Origin: Camelus ferus
Lineage: Eukaryota
Assembly: GCF_009834535.1 (NCBI RefSeq)
Contig: NC_045696.1
Coordinates: 38,442,001-38,506,000 of the forward strand
Direction of reading: 5' to 3'
DNA length: 64,000 nt
The notes under the pieces are model-generated. The model saw nothing but the letters and a program-made list of their open reading frames with translations, made no database searches and was not told the origin of the DNA. Position numbers and translations under genes: made by a program. Positions 52,139-64,000 of the stretch are shown here, piece after piece; the first letter of the stretch is position 1, and each line of letters begins with the position of its first letter.

Positions 52139-53916
52139 AGAGGCAGGGATCAAGAAGTCAGAGTCCGAATAACCTGAGCTCACCTCCCCCTAAGAACACA
52201 TCAAAACTACAAGTATTTGTAGAGTAATTGTTACCAAACCAGGTTCATTTTGCCCAGTGCACAGCAAGCCAAAACACTAAGTCACCAACAGAGCAGAGCC
52301 AGTTCAGAGATGCAGGTGCAAGCCCTCAGACCCCGACTACACCCCCCGCCCCAGCCCAGGTGGATACTGCCATCACATAGGGGAGAAGCCCAAATTCCTC
52401 AGGGTGCCTGCTCCAGTTCCTCAGGCACATGACCCCACCACTGATAGGGCAACAACCCTCATTGAGCCTAGGAGAAGCCCTGGCTAGCACACCTGGCTCT
52501 GGCTTCAGCCACTCTTGACTCCAGCCCTACTTCTCACCCTGGCAGTGGCTGCCAACATATTCTGGGAGAAGATACAACCTGTGCTAACTTCAAATCTAGT
52601 TGTTCCACCAAAGCCACTGGGCAGATTGCATTCAGGTACTCCCACACAACGACACACCTTCAAGACTGTTTCATCTAAATTCATAGAGAAAGGGATAGGT
52701 GACTGTTTCATCTAAATTCATAGAGAAAGGAAACAAATTGAGAACACAGAGGAATATATTTCAAATGAAAGAACAAGATAACCACCCCCTAAACAAAACC
52801 CTAATTGAACAGAGATAAACAATTTACTTGATGAAGAATTCAAAGCAATAATAATAAAAATGCTAACAGAACTCTGGAAAAGACTAGATGAAGTCAGTAA
52901 AAACTTCAACAAAGGGCTAGAAAATATAAAAAATAACCAGTGAGAGCTGATGAATACAATAACTGAAATGAAGAGTACACCAGAAAGCATTAACAGCGAA
53001 TTGGGTGACACAGAAGAATGCATAAGCGATCTGGAAGATAGAATAGTAGAAATCACCCACTCACAACAGCTAAAAGAAAAAAAAAAATTAATGAGTATAG
53101 TTTAAGGGACCTCTGAAACAACATCAAGCCTAGTAACATTCACATTATAGGGGTCCCAGAAGGAGAAGAGTGAGAGAGAATGATCGAAATGTATTTTATG
53201 AAAATATGGCTGAATACTGTCCTAACTTGAAGAATGAAACAGATAACCAGGTACAAGAAGTACAGAGTTCCAAACAAGATGAACCCAAAGAAAACCACAG
53301 CAAGACATACAATAACTAAAATAGAAAAAAATACTTTATAAAGATAAACTTTATAAAAAATTTCTAATAAAAGACAAAGAAGATTATGTAATGACAAAAG
53401 GGTCAATATAAGAGGAGAATATCATATTCATAAACATGTATACCTAACACAGGAGCACCTAAATGTGTAAAGCAAATATTAATAGACGTGGAGGGAGAAA
53501 TTGACAGTAATACAATAATAGTAAGGGACTTTAACACCCTACTTACCTCAATGGATTAATCAGCCAGGCAGAAAATCAATAAAAAAACAGTGGCCTTAAC
53601 TGACACATTAAATGAACTTCATAGATACCTACAGAACATTACATCCAAAGTTAGCAAAATAAACATTTGTTTCAAGTGCACATGAAACATTTTCCAAAAC
53701 AGAACATGTACTAGGCTACAACACAAGTCTCAACAAATTTTAAAGTATCGAAATTATATCAGGCATCTTTTCAGACCACAAAGATGTGAAACTAGAAATC
53801 AATTACTGGAATTAAAATAGGAAAAAACACAAATACTTGAGGGCTAAACAGTTTGCCATTAAAAAACCAATGGTCAATGAAAAAGAAAGAAATAAGAAAA
53901 TACTTTGAGACAAATC
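52139..53916 (+). mobile_element. Older L1: partial 5'UTR, ORF1 and ORF2 endonuclease, with internal deletions
   Basis: 5' end gatcaagaagtcagag...cctgagctcacctcc. ORF1 relic from 52738 (QRNIFQMKEQD, EFKAIIIKMLTEL, ISDLEDRIVEIT, NIHIIGVPEGEE). EN relics NTIIVRDFNT (about 53509) and SDH (about 53771). Multiple stops. Confidence 0.9.
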
Positions 53917-53984
53917 ACCTGTATGTGCATGTTTGTTTACATAAATATACATTTATATAATTATGAGTATTATTTCAAATAAAG

Positions 53985-54180
53985 TTTGGGCTACAGAATC
54001 AGAGAAACTTGGCTTCAATTACTGTCATCTGTGACCTTGAGCAACTGTTAGAGCCTCTGTCTCCTCATTTTTGCAATGAAAATACTAATATTTACATCAC
54101 TTAGTTTTGTAATACTTAAATATAATGATGTTTGTAAAACACCAATTTTTAGCATACATTAAATTGATTGTTATTAACAG
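53985..54180 (+). mobile_element. MIR SINE
   Basis: gggctacagaatcagag...ctgtgaccttgagcaac...gagcctctgtctcctcatttttgcaatg. Confidence 0.7.
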
Positions 54181-54189
54181 TTATTGGTA

Positions 54190-54500
54190 TGTTTAGTAAC
54201 TATAAAAAGGAAATGTATGTTATTGCTAGTAAAATTTTTATAGTGTATGTAGTTCAGTAATTTTTTGCATTAGTTTTTTGCACTGTTTAGCTACAGAAAT
54301 GCCACAGATACATGACAGCAGGATATTCACAATTGTCAGATTGAAGAATGGATTATAAATTTGTTGCTAAGCCAGCAGAAGATATGGTTGTCAAACTTTA
54401 CTGAGGTGTCAGAGTACATGAGACTTTGAGCAGTGATGAGTGAATTTGGTCAAAATGTTGAAATCATGCATACAAGCCATTTATGATGAGTCTGTTCGTC
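54190..54500 (+). mobile_element. Possible pogo/Tigger transposase C-terminal relic, part 3
   Basis: YVIAS (54216-54230), IEEWI (54340-54354) and GCQT/TE (54386-54405) resemble the JRK/TIGD C-terminal IxxAW and EW...G.x.LTD motifs; weak. Confidence 0.35.
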
Positions 54501-54859
54501 AGTTCTACATTGAAAGATAAAATATCTTGTTTGCTTTTTCTATAAAATGAGGGGTATATGTACATAACACATTTTTTATGAAATAAAAGTTGTGAAATAC
54601 ATTTTTATTCCTAATTGTCTGAATAAAGTTATGTTTTGCTTCTTCCAAAAAAGGAAAGTGTCTATAAGAGAACATAAAGCCATTATTCAAAACTACATCT
54701 GTCAATTAAATCCCACAAAAGAGTATTTTTTGTTATAACAGTTATTTATAATCCAAACACTGTCACCCATTTTCCTTTCAAAGTTGTGGTTGAATCCTTC
54801 ACTGCTCTAGATAACAAAGAGGTATGCTGTTCCAAATACAGTGAGTAATGAACATACTC

Positions 54860-55600
54860 TGTGATGAGAACTCAGATTATGGATTGGAATGGAGCTAGGT
54901 CTTAATTTTTGGCTCATCTACCATATGACCTTGAGCAAGTGTTCCAGGTACCCAACGTTGCATAAGAAAATGCTCCCCCCCAAAAAAAGACTTAGTGGCT
55001 TAAAACAACAACAAGCATTTATTTTACTTATAAATTTGGGCAAGATTTAAGCAAGGGCAACTATCTCTGTTTAAATGCTGCATTAGCTGGGGCAGCTTCA
55101 CTGGGACCTGGAGGATCTACATCCCAGGTAGCTCACTCACCTGGCTGGCAGGGCGGTGCTGGCTGTCAGCCGGGAGCTCAGCCACAGCTGTGCACCAAAG
55201 GCCTAAGTTCTCCACGTGGGCCTCTTGATGGCTGCTTGACCTTCCTCTTGGCATGATGGCTAGCTTGTAAAACTAACCATCCCAGAAGAAACAGGTAGAA
55301 GCTCTGTCACCTTATGTCGTAGCCTAGAAACTCACCATATAAGCAAACACACCCAGATTAAGAGAAGGGAACATACACCTGAACTCTTTATGGAAAAGAG
55401 TATCCATGAAAGGTTGTCAGAAGCCTGTGTAGGGTGGGAGATACTGTTGAGACCATTTTTGGAAAACATAATCTGTCACAGCAAGTTACTTAGTATTCCT
55501 TAACTTCAGTTTCCTCATCCCTATTATAAAATGCTAGGCACCCTTCTGATCGCTTTACACATATTATAAACAGTGTTGCTGTAGTTATTATTAGTAATAT
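54860..55600 (+). mobile_element. MIR SINE split by an MLT1 LTR (MIR parts 54860-54939 and 55481-55600)
   Basis: Joining the flanks gives tgaccttgagcaagttacttagtattccttaacttcagtttcctcatc, the MIR core. Confidence 0.8.
54940..55480 (-). mobile_element. MLT1G/H-like MaLR solo LTR
   Basis: acttagtggcttaaaacaac...ggtgctggctgtcagccgggagctcagc...ggaaaacataatctgtcaca; perfect TSD GCAAG at 54935-54939 and 55481-55485. Confidence 0.9.
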
Positions 55601-56447
55601 ATCTTACAGTGAATCGCAGCTGGTTTTCTTTTTGATGATGGTTTTACTTATTCAGAAAAGTAAATTTACTCTGGTTTAAGGAGTATGCAAAAAAGGAATA
55701 TTGAAAGGAAAAACTGGAAATGTCTGATGTCTAAAAACATAGCTAATAGGAATAAGAATCTCTGATGAGGGGATAAAAAGTTAAATAGCATCTCATTTCA
55801 GACTAACTGAAAATGTGATGATAGATTCAACAAGCACGCTTTGTAAAAGCAGTGCTAAATAGGAAGGAGGGAAGTAGTATTAATGTAGGCTTAAGTTTCA
55901 TTGACTAAAATATACCTAGGGACAACAAATTAAATAAAAATAGTGTTAGAAGATAGATGTTGGAACACTTAAAACATAATCTGTATTTTTAGAAAAAATT
56001 ATAGTTAGCTTTTTATGTTATGCCATTATTATTACCAGATTGCATTCAAACTGGCAATTAAAATAAAAATGGTGTGAAATCCTAAAGACTGCTAATATAA
56101 ACCTTTACTCTCCATACTTTAACTTCTGGAATAAAAACACTTACCTTCCTCTGAATCTAGAAACAGCTTTAGAATTTTAACTTTAAATGACACCAGCCTC
56201 AGGCTACTAAAGTATTTCTGATGTTATATTCCAAGTAATGCCCTGTTTTTGACGCTTGTCCATCTCTTGAATAAGAGCACTTTAAAAAAAATCTCTTTAG
56301 CATATAAATTATTAATCTGTAATGAGAAAAGATGGTGGAAGATAAAACTAAGATCTAATGTATCCACTTAATGTTTGTAAAGGGCAACTTACCTGGGTTT
56401 GAGAGTATATATCCCTGTTTGTTTTATAAGTTTTTGTGTTACATAGT

Positions 56448-56480
56448 AAAAAAACAAAAACAAAAACAAAAACAAAAAAC
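56448..56480. repeat. (CAAAAA)n microsatellite
   Basis: Seen directly in the sequence. Confidence 0.85.
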
Positions 56481-56489
56481 CCAGTATAT

Positions 56490-57305
56490 GTATTTCTAGA
56501 TTGGTTTCCTCTTTCTTCCTAACCAAAGGTTTAAAACCTCACTGCTAGTTGGAGACCTGGATAGCAGTCTTTCGTTTCAGTTCTCAAAGTCTTTGGTATG
56601 TTAAATAGAATCAGTTCCACATATGTGCAGTTTGGGAGTAAGCCCAGATTTTCATAAGCAAGTGTATTGGATTGCTTTCCTAGGCCCCTGTCTCTCCATG
56701 TTTTTCCCAGCACCTTCCCAATTCCTGTGACTCCTCTTAAAGTCCTTTGTCTAGAAAGCTGGCTGGGGCTTCATTATTCCACTCTGTTGTGCATTTCTGC
56801 AACTGAATCTTCCAGGGACCATTGAAAAAAGGACAGAGAGAAAAAGAAAGGCGGGCATTGATTCCACCCTCTCAGAACCACAGCTTCAGTGAAGGAAAAG
56901 GAAGATTTTTCTTCTTGAGAATTTTGGCTCCTGTGGGTTCCCATTACTGGCCATCACCACCACTCTACCACATGATTACTTGAGGGCTAGGCATGAGAGA
57001 ACAGGAAAGAAAGAGAGAGAGAGTTAGAAACAAAGGCGGAAGGGATTTCCACATTCTCTCCTGAGTATTAGGAATTCCACCTCCCACTTCCAGAGCCAAG
57101 GTGAGCTGGAGCTCTGACTGTGACCTGGTGGTCACTTCCAGGTTTCCAGTCCATTCAGTCCAGGCTCCAGCCCAAGCACTGGAGGAAGCGGGAAGGGGGA
57201 GAGAGAGAGAAGGATGGTAAATTCATCACCAGCTTGGTAATACTTCAAATTTTGGTCTTCTCCAATGCACCTGCTTCTACTTACTTTTCAGTGTCCTCAA
57301 GTCTG
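56490..57305 (-). mobile_element. Old L1/HAL1-family 5' region (tentative)
   Basis: ggtaaattcatcaccagcttggtaatacttcaaattttggtcttc...ttacttttcagtgtcctcaa resembles recalled old L1M/HAL1 5' sequence. Confidence 0.35.
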
Positions 57306-58279
57306 CTGGGGGATTGTGCCCAGAGTTGACAGATAAGCAGGAGAAAAAGGATGTGGTATGATTATTCCATATTTTCCAGAGTCCCTCCCTCTGATTCTTT
57401 CGAAAGTCATATAACCTACAGTATATTTGTGTATGTAGGTCTGATGTCTTTTTTTTTCTTCTATTTGCTTATTTAAGAGAAAGTCCACTTTAAATATTCC
57501 TTTGGAAGAAGTAAGAAATTAGAATTCATAACAGGACACTTTTATATACATTATCATCTTGAGGACTTTATAGGAAAGGAAAAGGAAAATTAGATTGAAT
57601 ATTTTGAAGCACAGTCCACAATTCATTATTAATAGGACTTGTGATAGACTCCAATTATATGATTAGAAAATTATTAAAGTGTAAACTTTTCTGTTCAACA
57701 TGGTTGATTGAGCATATTAATTTTTCTCTGTATCCTCTGGACACTTCATGAAAATGAGTAAGGGACTATAGAATGTTTACATTAACAAGGGCAAATCAAA
57801 GGAGGAGAAAATACATCACTTGAGAAAGGTCAACATGTCAACCAAATTGCAGAAAGTGAAAATCAAATGAAATGATAACTTACTTAGCAATGGAACTTGG
57901 TCTGACTGCTTGTAGGGAGAGAAGCTGCATTTACTTTGTGCTGTTCTGTTGGATATATACCAAGGAGTGAAATTGTTATGTCAGAAGATACGTGTATGTT
58001 CACTTATAGAAAGTGGTAGTAATATCATTTTAAACTCCTGCAGCAGTGTATGAGAGCTAACATTGCCCCATAACCTCACCAACACTTAGTATTGTGAGTC
58101 CTTTTTCACCTTAGGCATTCTGGTAGATGGTAGAATTACTGCATTATACTTTGAAATAAGTTTTTAAAGTATATCTTTGAGAAAATAAGTGTAGTAGATA
58201 GGAGGAGGACATTATAAAAGGAAGTTAAATATGAAGACAGTTAGAAAAATGAGAATTCAAGATGACTAAAGTCTGATTT

Positions 58280-59115
58280 TTTACTTGTAACCAAGATGTA
58301 GTAACATCTGCTGCCTAAAATAAACAAAGAAAACACATGCAAAATGTATGAAAAAAAGTCATTTTTAAGGCATAAAAATCAGATAATATAGGACAGTAAT
58401 CTCTGAAAGATGGTAAATAAAGAGGAGAGCCCTACAGTTGTTCCAGCTTAGTGTCTTGAGAATTTCAAGACCATGGTTCCAGGAGGAAGGACCCTGACAG
58501 AACCCAGTACACTCTCTACATGGAATAACAAGGCAGACCTGAGAATGGATGTAAACCAAGAAAGCTAGGTTTCATAAGACAGTATGAAAGAGGAGAGTGC
58601 TTCTCTGAAAGAGAACTCTAGCAATGTGCAGAGGTTCTCCATGAGTATTTACCTGAGTTTTGCTAAATAAGCAAATAAAAAAACAAGGGAGATAAAATGA
58701 GATCATAAAAAACATGTAGTTATTCTTAAAGAAGTCAGACAAAGAGAAACTGGAACGAAGAACAGAGGAGACAAATGGAAAACAAATAGCTAGACTGACT
58801 TAAAGCTAACCATATCAGTAATTGCATGAAATATACATAGTCTAAACATGTCAATTAAAAGGCAGAGGTTACCAAATTGGATTTAAAAGAAAATAGCAAG
58901 ATCCTGGTATATACTACCAGTAGGAAACATATTTTAAATATAAAAGTGAAAATAAAGAAGCACAAGGAAACTTTTGGGTTGATGGATACGTTCACTGTCT
59001 TGCTTGTAGCCAAGTTTTCACAGTTGTATACATATGTCAGAACTTATCACATTGTACACTTTATGTGCAGTTTTTTGCATTGCCAATTACATCTCAGTAA
59101 AGCTGTGAAAACATA
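58280..59115 (+). mobile_element. Old L1M fragments (ORF2 start and 3' end)
   Basis: accatatcagtaattgcatgaaatatacatagtctaaac...tcaattaaaaggcagag (EN start); tatgtcagaacttatcacattgtacacttt...caattacatctcagtaaagctg (L1MB/ME tail). Confidence 0.6.
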
Positions 59116-59248
59116 GTATGGTGTATGTGGGGAGTGCTAACAAATTTAAAATTTCTAAAGCAGTGGAACATAAATTTAGAGAAATCAATGTGAGCTCAAC
59201 TGTGAAGGAATTTAAACACTAAACTGAGTTTGGACTTTATTCTAGAAG

Positions 59249-59447
59249 TAAGTGTTAGCAAACTTTTTCTGTAAAGGTACAGATAGTATATATTTTAGAC
59301 TTTGCAGGCCAAGAGTCAAAATTGAGGATATCATGTACCTATATGATCACTTTAAAAATGTAAAAGCCATTCTTAGCTCACAAGCTGTACAAAACCAGCA
59401 GACAGTGGGCCAGATTTGGCCAAAGGGCAGTAGATTACCAACTCGTA
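59249..59447. mobile_element. MER58B-like hAT MITE
   Basis: gcaaactttttctgtaaagg...ttttagactttgcaggcca...ttaaaaatgtaaaagccattcttagctcac...gggccagatttggcc; flanks resemble the NTCTAGAN target. Confidence 0.85.
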
Positions 59448-59669
59448 CTATAGACAGTAAAGAGTAGTATGCTAAATATGGTCATTTTTACCATTTAGAA
59501 ATGTAATGGGAAATAACTGGGGAGTATGTGTGAACAGGGAGAAACAGAGCCAGCCAGACCTGAGATGAATGCAGTAGTCCAAGAAATGTGGATTTACGTA
59601 ATAAAACTATAGCATTATGCATAGAAACTAAAATATAGAATCACTGTAGGTCTTCTTTCTATAGGTGTA

Positions 59670-61053
59670 TATTTATCTGTTGATGGACACAAGTTTTTTT
59701 TCACAATATTTTGGCTATTGTGAATAATGCTGTAATAAACATGGGAATACAGATATCTTTTCACTATTTTTATTTCATTTCCTTTGGATATATACCCAGA
59801 GGTAAGATCGCTGGGTCACATGATAATTCTAATTTTAATTTTCTGAGGAATCTTCATACTGTTTTCCATATTGGCTGCATCAATTTGCATTCCCACCAGC
59901 AGTGCACAAGTGTTCCCTTTTCTCTACATCCTCATCAACATGTATCTCTTGTTTTCTTGATAATAGCCATTCTGACCAGTGTGAGGTGATACCTTGTTGT
60001 GGTTTTGATTTGCATTTCCCTGATGATTAGTGTTATTGAGCATCTCTTCATGTACTTTTTGGCTATTTGTATGTCTTCTTTAGAGAAATGTCTATTCAAC
60101 TGCTCTGTGTATTTTTTAATTTAACTGTTCATTTTTTGAGGTTGTTGTTATAGAGTTTTGTGAATTCTTTATATATTTTAGGTATTAACCCTTTATTAGA
60201 TACATGGTTTGCAAATATTTTGTCTTATTCTGTCAGTTACCTTTTCATTGTTTTTGACTCTTTCGTTGTACAGAAGCTTTTTTAGTTTGTATAGTCCCAC
60301 TTGTTCATTTTTGCTTTTAGTGCTGGTGCTTTTATTGTCTATTCAAAAAAATTATTACCAAAACCAATAGCAAGGAGCATTCTCCTATGTTTTCTTCTGT
60401 AAGTTTTACAGTTTCAGGTCTCATGTTTAAGTGTCTAATGCATTCTAAGTTAATTTTTGTGAATGGTGTCTGGTAAGGGTCTAATTTCATTTTTCTTCAT
60501 GGGGTTTCTCAGCTTTCCTAACAGTTTATTGAAAAGACTATCTTTCCCTATTGAGTATTTTTAACTTCTTTGTCAAATATTAGTTTATTGTTTATGCAGA
60601 AAGTTTCTGGGCTTTCTGTTCTGTCTGTTATCTATGTGTCTGTTCTTAGGCCAGTACCATATTGTTTCAATTAGTATAACTTTGTAGTATAGTTTGAAAT
60701 CAGGAAATGTGATGCCTGTAGCACTGTTCTTCTTTCTCATAATTGCTTTGGCTGTTTGGGATCTTTTGTGGTTTCATACAAGTTTTAAGACAGTTTTTTA
60801 TATTTCTGTGAAAAATGCCATTCGAATTTTACAAGGGATTGCATTGAATCTATAATTAGCTTTGGGTAGTGTGGCCATTTTAACAATATTAATTCTTCCA
60901 ATCCATGAACACAGGATTTCTTTCCATTTGTTTGAATTGTGTTCAGTTTCTTTATCAAAATCTATAGTTTTCATTGTATAGGTCTTTCACTTCCTTGGTT
61001 AAATTTATGCCTAAGTATTTTACTTTTTTGATACTACTGTGAATGAGACTTTT
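59670..61053 (-). mobile_element. L1MA/L1MB-like fragment (ORF2 3' half)
   Basis: Collinear with L1 ORF2 (gtgtgaggtgatacctt...tttgcatttccctgatgattag; aatattaattcttccaatccatgaaca); many stops. Confidence 0.9.
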
Positions 61054-63044
61054 TATGCATAATTTCATTATAAAATTGATAGAAAAACATAACAAAAATG
61101 ACATAGCATTAATGTTGCTAATAAACAGCTCTTACAAATTAATAGAAAAGACAATAAATCAAAAGAATAAGATCAAAAGGCAGTTTATATACAAGTATAA
61201 CCAAGTGACCAGTAAAAATGTGAAAAAAATGTGCAGCCTTAGTAGCAATTAGGAAACTTCAATTGAAGAAACAATATTAACTCCACATATTATCAAAAGG
61301 TAAAAGAATAACTAACATTAATTACAGGGATTAGTAGGGTGAAAGGTTAGGGTGCTCACTTACATTATTCTGAGTTTGAAAAATGTTGAGGCATGTAACA
61401 TGGAAATACTGTATTAAAACAAGTAATTAATATACCCTGGCTCAGAGCTCCTGCTCTTGGGAATGGAAATACAGGTGTCATCATGAGTGTGTTTACTGCA
61501 GCATAGTTTATGAAATATTTCTCTCAACTGAAAGATTGTTGGTACAAATACTACAGATACATTACAGTAAATTGACTACAACCATTGACCTGGAGTGATT
61601 TCCATGCAATACTGGATAATTGAGGAAAACAATGTAAAGTTTATTGATATTATCTCAGAGTTAAAAAGCAGCAATACTAAATCATTCTGATCATATTTTT
61701 GTAAACATATATCTACACAGAAATGTGCTGGCATTTTAGGAAAATGATATTTAAAGAGGAAAGAAGGCAGAAAGGGTGGAAGTAAGCCAGATTTCTAAAT
61801 GATATTCTAGAGTAAATGTCCATACAAAAAGCACATACCTGTTATGATCTCATTTATATAAGCATGAATTTTTAAAATATAGAAATAGATACTTAAAAAA
61901 AAGTCATTGCAGAAAACGCAGATTTAACCTATAAGGTCTATATCTGAATAGCTTTTTTCTAAAAGAAGACATTTGAAACCATTGAATTACATAATATTTA
62001 ACTTTCTAGCTGCAGTATTGACGTTTGTTGGGAAATATTTTTATCTTGGGTGATTTGTTTGTTTTTCGGAAATGAAGTTTGCATACTTAATAAACAGAGA
62101 AATAAGGAAGAGGTAGAGAAAGGATAAGGGATGTATAAGAAAGTAATTTAAAAGTTTTCAAGACATTGGTACTGATATCCCATTTTTAAAGAAATACAAA
62201 CAAAACCTAAAACCACTAACTAAAAGAGATGCAGAATGTCTATTCCACTTACAGAATTCTAGTAATCTCATATTAGACATTAATGAATTAATGATTTATT
62301 CATTCACTCATTCAACTTTTCAAGCATTTATAAAACTAAACATGTACTTGAAACATGCATTGTGGGTATAAGAACGGTAAGGCCTGTGTTTGGCTTGTGG
62401 CATTTATAAGAAGTTGAGGTGATGATTTGATCAAGTAGTTGTAATATAATATGATTTGAAGCCAAAAAGAGTGCAAGATGCTGTATACCATTAATGTGTG
62501 CTATATGAAAAGAATGTTACTTCCTGAAAAAATGTTTTTCTAACATTTAAAAAGTATAATCCTTAATTTGAAATGAAATTATAGACTAAATTCCAGTATT
62601 AAAATATTTAAGGTAGTAACTTAAGAATCCAGATATATTTTATAAGTTCAAAATTTTAAGGTTTTTCAAAGGTAATTTTGAGTAGACAAACATTTGAAAT
62701 CAGGCATAGACTTGAGAGTTGTTATGCCAGTATCCAATTTGTATTTGTATATTTTGCAGTAGGCAAAAATAAGTGAATAAATAAATTCATATAAATAATA
62801 ACTTCAACTGGAAAATTTTTTAACAGCCAGCACACTTTGCAATATTAAAATAATCATTTTTGAGTTGTAGTTGAATCACTTTCAAGATTTTTGCTGTTTC
62901 TGTCCCTTATTTATAATAATTCAAAAAGTCCAAAAAAATCTATAAATTTGTAGGTAAGATGAATTATGCTATGATCAGAACATATACTGAGTAGACATGC
63001 ATAATCTTCTGCAGGAACTTAATTATCAGAGTACTCACACATTG

Positions 63045-63850
63045 TCCCAATCAGTAAAACAAGTATGGACCAATCACCGACTTTCTGACAAGCGCTGTGC
63101 CAGCCTGTCCTTGTGATGCTTACAGACATGAAACAAGTAATTGTGAAGGGGTTACTAACATGGAAAAGGCACAGGTGCTTGGAGAAACTAGTCTAGGAAG
63201 TCAGGAAGGACTTTCTAATAGAAGTGAGACCTAAAAGATGACTAGGAGTTAGCAACCTGAGTAGGTCATGTGGTAGAGATGGAGAGAAGGGATTTTTCAA
63301 GGGAGGAAAAGGCTCAAAGCAGGTGAAAGAGTATAGTAAACACATAGAAGTTAAAGGAGTCCCTCAGCAGTTCATTCATTCATTCATTCATTTACCAAAT
63401 ACTCATTGAGGGCCTAATAATGCCTGGCACTGCTCTAGGCCCAGGAGATGCTTCAATGAACAAAACAGATAGAAATCTCCACCCTCATAGAGCATACATT
63501 TAAAGGGGGAAATGGCTTCAAAAATTAAATGTATTAAGTGTCAGATGTTGTTAAGTTATTTGGAGATGGGAAAAAGAATGGAGAGTAATATGGATTACTG
63601 AGATGGGATGTAGTGGGAGTTGCAATATAAAAACAGAACTGGTGAAGGCTTTATTAACACAGTAATATTTGAATAAAGATCTGATGTAAGGGAGGGAGCA
63701 AACCATTCAGACAGCTGGGTGAGAGTGAGTGTTAAAGGCCCACTGGCAGGAGAGTGCTTTGGATGCCCAATATTCTGAAGGAGGCCAGTGTGGCTAGAGC
63801 AGACTTTCCCTTGGGTACTCAAGAGGACTGAGGGAGAAATGGAATGTAAA
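63045..63850 (-). mobile_element. L2 fragments (L2a-like tail at 63372)
   Basis: (ttca)n...tactcattgagggcctaataatgcctggcactgctctaggc...gaacaaaacaga...gaggccagtgtggctagagcag. Confidence 0.75.
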
Positions 63851-64000
63851 AACATTTTAAACAATGTGATTCAATGTTGTTTAATGCCATCTCCCAGAAC
63901 TACACAATAATCTCCTTTAATGTGGGCATCCTCACACTTTGGTAAGCACTGTTATCTTGCATATGTGGATTTCAAAAATACCTTTTAAATTAGCAACCTC

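Noticed and set aside
54434..54520. C/D box snoRNA (two RTGATGA boxes)
   Set aside because: No suitably placed CTGA D box or terminal stem.
1..64000. Prokaryotic-type systems (CRISPR array, operon, defence island) or an intact viral/transposase gene
   Set aside because: The sequence is mammalian; there is no repeat-spacer array and no ORF longer than 148 aa.

Overview
This is AT-rich, CpG-poor eutherian genomic DNA, almost certainly from a camelid (camel, llama or alpaca). The diagnostic marks are a tRNA-Ala-derived vic-1-type SINE at 30766-30899 and camelid-style L1 3' ends. I could not recognise any host protein-coding exon, functional RNA gene or CpG island. The ORFs in the supplied track are either transposon relics (L1 ORF2, ERV-L gag/protease) or chance ORFs. 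The window is probably intronic or intergenic. Much of it is interspersed repeat: L1 copies of several ages, L2, MIR, MaLR/ERVL/ERV1 solo LTRs, a pol-deleted ERV-L (MLT2) provirus and hAT MITEs. Repeat-free islands carry transcription-factor motif clusters and may be enhancers. The most interesting structure is a highly degraded pogo/Tigger (JRK/TIGD-like) transposase at about 51.35-54.5 kb. It reads through only after removing the young L1, the older L1 and the MIR inserted into it. All repeat family names and boundaries come from recognition by eye, not from a database search. I found no evidence for a novel functional multi-gene system.
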